This document shows positions 49,024-57,353 of a stretch of 64,000 nt of DNA, in pieces. Source of the DNA: a virus; the IMG/VR virus record IMGVR_UViG_3300032092_000004, positions 1 to 64,000 of that record. One strand, 5' to 3'. A program made the translations under genes and the position numbers. The notes below the pieces were generated by a model, which saw only the letters and a program-made list of their open reading frames with translations, was not told where the DNA came from and made no database searches. Numbering within the stretch: position 1 is the first letter of the stretch; each line of letters begins with the position of its first letter.

Positions 49024-51215
49024 TGCCTTATATACAAATATATAATTATAGAGTCACTGGTGACTGTAGTAATACAAAAGTAGGTGCGGTCTCATTCAAC
49101 ATAACCGGAGATACGCCTAATTTTAGTGTCACAGATGCAACAGGGTTAGGATTACTACCATTGTCAGCTAACACCACATTTTATTCTGTTACGGGAATGT
49201 CTGGTGGTACTTATTATGCTACAGTTGCAGATGCGGGTACCACAAAAATTGTACAACCAATTTATATATCAACAGGTACTACCGCAACTATAGATTCTTC
49301 TAATACCACTTGTGGTCAAAATAATGGAACAATAACAGGTTTTACGTCTGGCGTTTATGGTCTTGTTTCTTTTAGTTTATACGATATAAGTAATAATTTA
49401 ATTACATCTGCAACAACATCAAATCCTTACTATGAATTCACATCTCTTTCTGCAGGAACTTATTATATAGTTGCAAACGATGGTGGTGGTTGTACAGGAA
49501 TAACAGCATCTGTAATATTAAATCCTTCATCTGGATTAACATACGGGGCATATGTTGTTGATGATGCTAGTTGTTTAGGTTCAGGTAGTGGTAAAATTTT
49601 CTTAACAGGATTAACACCTCCATTATCTGCTTATACAATAACTTGGAGTCCTAACGCTTTAGGTCAAACAGGATCAACAATAACAGGATTAACTTCGGGA
49701 AGTTACGTTGCAACAGTAACAAATCCAATTGGATGTACAACAAGTGAATCATTTACTGTTAACACTATACCACCATTAACGTCAGGTGGATTTATAACTA
49801 TAGCCCAACCATCTTGTTTTGCGAATGACGGTGAAGTAGAATTTATTGTGGTTGGTGGAACTGCTCCCTATTTTTTCAGCGGATCATCAGGTCAAGTTGA
49901 AATTACTTTTGATACTTCTGTAACATTTACAGGACTGTCTTCAGGTTTATATTCGTTTTTGGTTACCGATGCTGGTTTATGTACAATTTATGATTCAGTA
50001 AGTTTATTAACACCAAATTCATTTAGTACCGTTGCCGTCACAACAACTAATTCAACTTGTTCGGCAAATGATGGTAGCATTAATGTTTTAGTTGATGGTG
50101 GTCTTAGTAGTGCAACTAATTTACAGATCTCTGTGTCAGGAACTACAGGTATTAGTCAAATAGGATTATTCGGTAGTTCTAATGAGACATTCTATGGATT
50201 AGGTAGTGGAACATATAATGTAACAGTTGTGTCTGCAGGTTGTACTTATACCGCCTCTACTGTTATTAATTCGGTTAGTTTATATAGTGCGACTACTCAA
50301 GTAAATGGTACCACATGTGGATTAAATAATGGATCTTTAGTTGTAAGTGCGTCAACAGGAGGAACATTTCCATACACATATTCATTAACAGGACCAACTT
50401 ATAGTCCAAATACTGTAACAAGTTTATTTAACACATTCACAAATTTAGCTTATGGTAATTACACTCTAACAATACAAGATACGTCATCACCACCTTGTAT
50501 CCAAAGTTATCCTGTTTTTATACCAAATAGTCAGACCGTAAACTTCAACTTATATCCAAACCAACCTTTAAATGGTGATGATGGTTCTATCACTGCATTC
50601 ATTACTAGTGGTGAACCACCGTTTACTTTAACTTGGAGTGGTGGAACCGTAGGTTCTCAAACGGGAACTACAGTTACAGGTTTAACTACGGGTACATATA
50701 GTTTAACTGTAACAGACGCTAGTGGTTGTACACTTACAAAATACACAACATTAACGGGTACAAAAAAATATGTTAATTATTTGTACTATAATGTATGTGA
50801 TGATACTTTTACAGATAGTGGATTGGTAACTAAAAGAACAATTCGATCAATGTATTTAGAAGGGTTTAATGATCTAACTAGTGGTGACACAAACTGTATT
50901 ATAAATTCAGCGACTTTTGCAATAAGTGCGGAAGTTGGTGGTCAATCTGCTGAAACTATATTTTACACATCTTCAGGATCTACTGATTATCCAAATGATT
51001 TGTTATGGGCTGAAGCAATATCTACAATATTAAATGAGTTTGTAGGGATATCTGATGTAACAATAGATCTACCTTCAAATAGAATCACAATAAAAACAAA
51101 CTGTGAAGAAATTAGTAAAAATTGTGGTCCACAAACAATAAATCCATTACAAGATACTGAAATAAAAGTCAACTTGTTGATTGATTATGACATATCTTGT
51201 GTAAGTTGTAGTTAA
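49023..51215 (+). CDS. SprB-repeat (Ig-like) adhesin/fibre protein
   Basis: Tandem units CxxxxGxI...GGTxPYxYS...TGLxxGxYxxTVTDxxGC. Confidence 0.8.
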   Translation: MPYIQIYNYRVTGDCSNTKVGAVSFNITGDTPNFSVTDATGLGLLPLSANTTFYSVTGMSGGTYYATVADAGTTKIVQPIYISTGTTATIDSSNTTCGQNNGTITGFTSGVYGLVSFSLYDISNNLITSATTSNPYYEFTSLSAGTYYIVANDGGGCTGITASVILNPSSGLTYGAYVVDDASCLGSGSGKIFLTGLTPPLSAYTITWSPNALGQTGSTITGLTSGSYVATVTNPIGCTTSESFTVNTIPPLTSGGFITIAQPSCFANDGEVEFIVVGGTAPYFFSGSSGQVEITFDTSVTFTGLSSGLYSFLVTDAGLCTIYDSVSLLTPNSFSTVAVTTTNSTCSANDGSINVLVDGGLSSATNLQISVSGTTGISQIGLFGSSNETFYGLGSGTYNVTVVSAGCTYTASTVINSVSLYSATTQVNGTTCGLNNGSLVVSASTGGTFPYTYSLTGPTYSPNTVTSLFNTFTNLAYGNYTLTIQDTSSPPCIQSYPVFIPNSQTVNFNLYPNQPLNGDDGSITAFITSGEPPFTLTWSGGTVGSQTGTTVTGLTTGTYSLTVTDASGCTLTKYTTLTGTKKYVNYLYYNVCDDTFTDSGLVTKRTIRSMYLEGFNDLTSGDTNCIINSATFAISAEVGGQSAETIFYTSSGSTDYPNDLLWAEAISTILNEFVGISDVTIDLPSNRITIKTNCEEISKNCGPQTINPLQDTEIKVNLLIDYDISCVSCS

Positions 51216-51217
51216 TT

Positions 51218-51514
51218 GTGGCGAATCAAGTAATCGTTTATAGTGCAACAAGTGTTACACCACCATTCAGTGGTATTGCATGTGACGTTTATGGTAATAA
51301 TTGTTCTTATGTTGGTAGTGGAACCACTTATCCTACAACTTTTACTTTACCAGCACAATTCAACACAGCACCTGCATTACAGTTAACTTTAATAGATTCA
51401 ACCGGATGTTCATTATCTGAAATAATTTATTGTACAACTGAAGGGGCCCCAAAACAATTTCAAAATTTACAATATTACTTCTTTATGGATGGAACGCAGT
51501 TTAATTTCCAATAA
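51218..51514 (+). CDS. Small Cys-containing structural protein (paralog of 61850..62071)
   Basis: PPFSGIACDVYGNNCSYVG...FTLP...LIDSTGC; GTG start. Confidence 0.65.
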   Translation: MANQVIVYSATSVTPPFSGIACDVYGNNCSYVGSGTTYPTTFTLPAQFNTAPALQLTLIDSTGCSLSEIIYCTTEGAPKQFQNLQYYFFMDGTQFNFQ

Positions 51515-51535
51515 CTAAAATATTTATTATACGAT

Positions 51536-54199
51536 ATGGCATTATTAACGGATCAAATACAAGCAACTGGAGTTTCTTTAACGGACTTAATTCACATAGT
51601 CATCACCGGTGACACATCTCAAAATCCTGCGGGATCTTCTTATAAAGCAACAATCCAACAAGTGGCTCGAGTAATATCAGGTACAACAGGCACTAGTGGT
51701 ACTTCCGGATCAAGGGGTTCGTCAGGGACAAGTGGTCAAAGTGGGATTGGGTTATTTTTACCATTATCAGGAGGTACGGTTACGGGTAATACAATATTTA
51801 ATGCGGGTTTAAGTGCAATAACAATATCGGCAACAACTTATCAAAACTTACCAAGTGATGTAATAATTATTGACTCAACACAGATCCAATCAGGATTTAC
51901 AGGTGGAGTCTTATTTCAAAGTTCAGCAAGTACGGTAAGTCAAACTACTGGTTTTACTTGGAATAATACAAATAAAAGATTGGGAATTGGGATTAACTCC
52001 CCTCTCTATGATTTAGATGTCAACGGGTCTATCTATCAAAGAACCGGAGAATTATTAATTACATCCACAGGTGGTGTCAACAAAGAAGGACCATTTATTG
52101 CATCAAGTGGTGGTGACGATTTAATCTCCGACAGAAAAATCCAATTAGGAATTTCAGACAATTCAACTGTACCTGTCGGTATTAATATGTTTGTAACTAA
52201 CAATTCATTCCCACCAAGTTACATGAACTTTAGAGTAAACAATGCAGATCTAGTTAGAATGTCTGGTAGTTCTGTTGAAATTAGCGGTCTTACATATACA
52301 AGTGGTATAACCTCAACATCTAAAATCACATTTCCACAGATAACAATTAATAGTGGGTATACAGTTACTGATAATGACTATATGGTTGACGTTACAGGTG
52401 GTACTTTTACTGTAAACTTACCAAGTGCTGTAGGAAGAAAGGGTAGATTATTAGTTATTAAAAATAATGGTGGAGGTGCGGTTACCGTAGATCCATTTGG
52501 TAGTGAAACCATCGATGGAAAATTATTCGTAATTTTAGGAGAAACTAACTCAATACAATTATCAAGTAATGGAACAGAATGGGTTGCTTTGGGGTATAAT
52601 ATCTCAACAGTAAACTCATCAACGGGTGTTTTTGAATTTACAGGTATTACAACCGCATCCCCAACAACATTTAATGTTGCTCCTGTAAAAGGATGGATAG
52701 TAGACGACACAACAAATCCTTTATCACCACAATTATATTATGTTGTGTATACAGGTGGTACAAATACCGCAACTTATGTTACAACAAGTACCGAAACTTG
52801 GATTTATTTAACGAGCGGAGGAACAATTAGTCAATCAAATATTCCTTTAACGGAACAAGAAAGAAGACAAAATATATTTTTAGGTAAATTGGGTCACGCT
52901 AATAAGACATCAATTATTAATTCTTTTTCTCAACCTGACTTTGTTTTATCTCCATTATCACAACTTCGTGATATGTTTACACCAATTAATTTAATTAACG
53001 GTGGAATAACCCCATCACCTAACGGTGTAAATTTAAGTTTTAACACAAGTGCGGAATACCTATATGGTTTAGGTATAAATTTCGCAAACGACATATTAAG
53101 TCCTGATTCGTTATATGTTTCAGGAACCGCTCCTTGTACGTTCCAATATAGAACACAAACAGGTGGAACCGCATCAAACACAACATTTATTGACCCAACA
53201 AAATATGATGTTGGTGGTACTGTAACTTCTATACCAGGAACTAAAGCAACTAACCAAAGAATTTATTTGGTACAAAACGGTGTTTTTAGAGTTCAGTACG
53301 GACAAACAGTTTATTCAACACTAACTCAAGCAGTTGCGGGTATTTCAACAGAACAGTATGTTGAGTTTTCAAACTTTCAAACTAACGGTATTTTAATTGG
53401 TATTTTATCAGTTTTAAGCTCATGTACTGATTTAAGTGATACTTCTAAAGCATTATTTTTCCAAGCCTCAAAATTTGGTGAATCAACAGGGGCCGCTGGT
53501 GGTACACCAACAACAAACTTACAACAAGCATACAACAACTCATCAGAACCTGAAATTTTAACTAACTCAACATTAGGAGCATTTTCAATTAAAAATGGTA
53601 CGGGTAATCCTGACATCTCAACAAATTTGTTTGAAGGTATTGGGTCTTCAGGTGTTTTAACTTCGTCAATCACTGCGAGAGGTGTTATCACGGGGACTAG
53701 CATTAGTACAAATGGTACTATTAGTGGTGGTGCGGTAACAGGTACAACAATGTTGGCATCTACGTTCAATCTTGCTGGATCACAAATAGAATCGGCGTGG
53801 GAATCATATAGTGTATCTTGGACATCGTCAGGTACTAATCCAGTAATTGGTAATGGAACTATAGAAGGTTGGTATAAAGTAATTGGTAAAACATGTTTTG
53901 TTAGAGGAAATATTGTGATGGGGTCAACAACAACATTTGGTACGGGAGAATGGTATGTATCGATGCCGGTTACTGCTGTAAATGCTGATGCCATATTAAT
54001 GACGGTAACTTTATTAGATAATGGTAGTGCTTGGTATAATGCCACAATGGCCGGAGCAAGAGCAGGATTTAACACTAAAGCCCCTATGCAATATGTAAAT
54101 ATTTTAAACGGTACTGCAAATGATGTAAATGCAACTCAACCATTTACTTGGACAACTAGTGATAGATTTGTATGGAACGGAAGTTATGAAATTGCATAG
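51536..54199 (+). CDS. Tail fibre protein with a short G-X-[ST] collagen-like repeat
   Basis: GTTGTSGTSGSRGSSGTSGQSG, FLPLSGGTVTG, RLGIGINSPLYDLDVNG, TVNLPSA...IKN...ETIDG, C-terminal GWYKVIGKTCFVR receptor-binding-like domain. Confidence 0.8.
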   Translation: MALLTDQIQATGVSLTDLIHIVITGDTSQNPAGSSYKATIQQVARVISGTTGTSGTSGSRGSSGTSGQSGIGLFLPLSGGTVTGNTIFNAGLSAITISATTYQNLPSDVIIIDSTQIQSGFTGGVLFQSSASTVSQTTGFTWNNTNKRLGIGINSPLYDLDVNGSIYQRTGELLITSTGGVNKEGPFIASSGGDDLISDRKIQLGISDNSTVPVGINMFVTNNSFPPSYMNFRVNNADLVRMSGSSVEISGLTYTSGITSTSKITFPQITINSGYTVTDNDYMVDVTGGTFTVNLPSAVGRKGRLLVIKNNGGGAVTVDPFGSETIDGKLFVILGETNSIQLSSNGTEWVALGYNISTVNSSTGVFEFTGITTASPTTFNVAPVKGWIVDDTTNPLSPQLYYVVYTGGTNTATYVTTSTETWIYLTSGGTISQSNIPLTEQERRQNIFLGKLGHANKTSIINSFSQPDFVLSPLSQLRDMFTPINLINGGITPSPNGVNLSFNTSAEYLYGLGINFANDILSPDSLYVSGTAPCTFQYRTQTGGTASNTTFIDPTKYDVGGTVTSIPGTKATNQRIYLVQNGVFRVQYGQTVYSTLTQAVAGISTEQYVEFSNFQTNGILIGILSVLSSCTDLSDTSKALFFQASKFGESTGAAGGTPTTNLQQAYNNSSEPEILTNSTLGAFSIKNGTGNPDISTNLFEGIGSSGVLTSSITARGVITGTSISTNGTISGGAVTGTTMLASTFNLAGSQIESAWESYSVSWTSSGTNPVIGNGTIEGWYKVIGKTCFVRGNIVMGSTTTFGTGEWYVSMPVTAVNADAILMTVTLLDNGSAWYNATMAGARAGFNTKAPMQYVNILNGTANDVNATQPFTWTTSDRFVWNGSYEIA

Positions 54200-54253
54200 A
54201 GTTTAAAATTTAAAATTAATTCACTTTACCTTATTTTCATTTAATTTTCCTAT

Positions 54254-55234
54254 ATGGAAAACATATTATTTGTCTCAGCACAACCTGACGTTCCCTACTT
54301 TATATGGCAAATAAAATTGTATGTTCACAATTTTATCGAAAAAGGAATTAACCCAAATCAAATACATGTGGTTTTAGGGTTAGTTAATAATGTGAACACA
54401 CCATCTAAAGAATCAGAACAACTTAAAGAGTTAGGTGTTAATGTTCATTACTTTGTTGATGAAAGATCTAAAAAACATTACATACCAAGTATTAAACCAT
54501 ACCTCATCTCAAAGTGGATCCAATCAAATACTGATTATGGAAAATTATTTTTTCTTCACGATGCTGATATTATTTTTAAAGAACTACCAAGTTTTAATCG
54601 GTTGTTAGACGATGAGGTTAGTTATCTATCTGATACGATAGGTTATATCGGATACAACTATATTATGGATTGTTGTGAGAGATATGAACAACAACACCCC
54701 AATTCAGATAAAGGACAACTTATAAGTGAAATGGCAGATGTAATTGGTGTTGATGTTGAAAAAATTAAACTCAATCAAGAAAATTCAGGTGGAGGACAAT
54801 ACCTAATTAAAAATACAAATTGTGAATTGTGGGATAAAATCTATAGAGACTCCACAAATATGTATAATAAAATGTTGGATTACCAAAAAAGATTCCCAAT
54901 AAATTCAGGTCAAATACAATTTTGGACCGCAGAGATGTGGTCATTATTATGGAATTTATGGTTGTATGGATTTAAAACTAAAGTAACTGAAGAACTTGAT
55001 TTTTCTTGGGCGACAGACACCATAGAAACTTATGAAAAAAAACCAATACTTCATATGGCTGGTGTAACAGATAACCTTAAAACTACAAAATTTTATAAAG
55101 GTGATTACATTAATATAGACCCAATTGTTAAGTTGAGAGATAACCCCAATCATTTTGATTACATAGATAAAAATAGTTCGACAATAAAATATATCGATAA
55201 TATGAAATCTTACATTCAAAAATACAACATATGA
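54254..55234 (+). CDS. GT-A glycosyltransferase resembling plant HPAT/SGT1 protein O-glycosyltransferases (GT95/GT96)
   Basis: PYFIWQIKLYVHNF, YIPSIKPYLISKW, FLHDADIIF (DxD), GGGQYLI, WTAEMWS, ILHMAG. Confidence 0.7.
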   Translation: MENILFVSAQPDVPYFIWQIKLYVHNFIEKGINPNQIHVVLGLVNNVNTPSKESEQLKELGVNVHYFVDERSKKHYIPSIKPYLISKWIQSNTDYGKLFFLHDADIIFKELPSFNRLLDDEVSYLSDTIGYIGYNYIMDCCERYEQQHPNSDKGQLISEMADVIGVDVEKIKLNQENSGGGQYLIKNTNCELWDKIYRDSTNMYNKMLDYQKRFPINSGQIQFWTAEMWSLLWNLWLYGFKTKVTEELDFSWATDTIETYEKKPILHMAGVTDNLKTTKFYKGDYINIDPIVKLRDNPNHFDYIDKNSSTIKYIDNMKSYIQKYNI

Positions 55235-55251
55235 TTATTTATTGTTAATAG

Positions 55252-57327
55252 ATGGTAGAAAATTGTTATATATTATATTCTTGTGACGGAAGTTACAAAC
55301 CGATCATTTCAAACCTTAGTGGGTTAAGCGCTTATTCAACGTCATACATTTCTGTAAATTCTATAGATTCAGTAACAATAGATGAAACTTGTTTTTATGT
55401 GTTAAGTTTAGGTGAAATAGACTGTACACCAACAAACGAAATAACAATTTCAACAGGGATAACATGCAATTGTCAATGTTATTGTTATTTTATAAGATCT
55501 GTGACTCAAACAACTGATGTTACATATGTTAATTGTAATGATGAAATTATTGTTGATACTATCCAAGAGGGATTAACTTACAATATTTGTAGTAAAGTTT
55601 ATCCACAGTTTGACACTCAAGTGCAAATACCAATTAAATTAACTGACATTTGTGTTGATAACCAATGTCCACCAACAATCCCAACTGTAAAACCAACAAA
55701 CGAATGTGATGTTATTACAATATTCCCTATGGGGGTTACTTGTATAACACAACAACCTTCATCAGAAAGAGATTTTGATGGAGCGGTTGAATTAGTTGTA
55801 ACAGGAGGAACGCCACCTTACACTATATTTTGGGAAGTTGGAAGTTTTGCACCAGCACTAACTAATCTTGGAGTTGGTGAATATTCAGCATCTGTTACGG
55901 ATTATTATGGTGATTTTTCGGCATTTACAACTTGTGTTTTAACTGCGGAGACTGTAACATATTCAGGTATGTGTTTTGTATTAACAGGTGTAGTTGAAGA
56001 TCAGTTAGTATATATTAATTCAGAAGTAAAAGGGTTTAAAAATACAAAACCATACTTTGAAATACAATATGGTGTAAATCTTTTGGGTTACGTTTTTTGG
56101 GACCCAAGTTCAGAAAAATGGTTTTTTTGTCAAACGCTAGATTGTCAATTATCCCCATATAACACACTTTTATTACCTGATGGATTATATCCTACAGGAA
56201 CGACAGGTGATTGGCAAGTTATTTCAGACTCACCATATTTAATTGTTGAATCAACAATTGGCAATTGCTCACCACCGGTAATACCTAAAGAAGATTATAC
56301 ACTCTGTGCAACAATAGTTTCAAGGTCAACAAAACCTGGAATCCCAACTATGGCCTCACAAGTAGAACTTGATCCAAGTATTAATATAAATGGAGAACCT
56401 AGTTGGTCTTCATCAACAGGTCAATATGTTGTGTATTGGGATAGTGGATCGACACCATCACAATGGGTTATGACAGGATTTACTAGTCCATCAACATTAG
56501 TTACAAATAATGACCCATCATATCCACCAGTAAGTAATTGGCAAGTTTATGGTGGATATGATATATACAGTGTTGATATTGCTCAAGGATTATGTACTGA
56601 TTCGTACATTGTAGTGGTTTCTGCGGTAGTTAACGACGCTTTATGTGGAAATAATGGTAGTATTACTATTAGTGCTTCTGGAGGAGATGCACCGTACCAA
56701 TACTCAATAGATGGAGGATTATCATATCAACCATCACCAATATTCAGTAATGTTCTTCCAGGGACTTATATAGTATTTGCTAAAGACGTAAATACAACAA
56801 TAGGTTCATTTGGACCTGTGGTGGTTAATAACATCCCAACCACCATTTATAACGTAACGATGAACGTAAATTACAATAATAATACTTTTACGTTAACTGC
56901 ACCATCTTTACCTGTTGGATCTACATTAACTGTTGATGTTGTTATGTCGTCAATATTTAACTATTACCCACAAAGTTTGAGCCCAATACCTTCATATAAT
57001 AATTTTACAACTATTAGTGGTGTTGGACTTATGACAAATACAAATACAACAGTTAATACTTATGCATTAGGTGGACCTTGTAGTGTTCCTGGACCACTAA
57101 ACAATACACAAATTAGTAAAACCTATTTGAACACCTTAACATTAACTAGTGGTCAAGTTGTTACAGGTAGTACTACAAATAGTATCATCAACTTTCCTGC
57201 ATTTGAGTGTTCAAACGCAGTTGGATATTATCAATTATCTATTACAAACGCAATAATAAATAACTGTCAATGTTGTGAGACAAACCTAATTAATTCGGTT
57301 CCACCTGTACCACAATCAGTTTTATAA
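55252..57327 (+). CDS. Cys-rich SprB-repeat structural/adhesin protein
   Basis: DGAVELVVTGGTPPYTIFW...LTNLGVGEYSASVTD and CGNNGSITISASGGDAPYQYSIDGG...FSNVLPGTYIVFAKD; many Cys. Confidence 0.75.
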   Translation: MVENCYILYSCDGSYKPIISNLSGLSAYSTSYISVNSIDSVTIDETCFYVLSLGEIDCTPTNEITISTGITCNCQCYCYFIRSVTQTTDVTYVNCNDEIIVDTIQEGLTYNICSKVYPQFDTQVQIPIKLTDICVDNQCPPTIPTVKPTNECDVITIFPMGVTCITQQPSSERDFDGAVELVVTGGTPPYTIFWEVGSFAPALTNLGVGEYSASVTDYYGDFSAFTTCVLTAETVTYSGMCFVLTGVVEDQLVYINSEVKGFKNTKPYFEIQYGVNLLGYVFWDPSSEKWFFCQTLDCQLSPYNTLLLPDGLYPTGTTGDWQVISDSPYLIVESTIGNCSPPVIPKEDYTLCATIVSRSTKPGIPTMASQVELDPSININGEPSWSSSTGQYVVYWDSGSTPSQWVMTGFTSPSTLVTNNDPSYPPVSNWQVYGGYDIYSVDIAQGLCTDSYIVVVSAVVNDALCGNNGSITISASGGDAPYQYSIDGGLSYQPSPIFSNVLPGTYIVFAKDVNTTIGSFGPVVVNNIPTTIYNVTMNVNYNNNTFTLTAPSLPVGSTLTVDVVMSSIFNYYPQSLSPIPSYNNFTTISGVGLMTNTNTTVNTYALGGPCSVPGPLNNTQISKTYLNTLTLTSGQVVTGSTTNSIINFPAFECSNAVGYYQLSITNAIINNCQCCETNLINSVPPVPQSVL

Positions 57328-57353
57328 ATTGAATATAAGAATATTTACAATAA

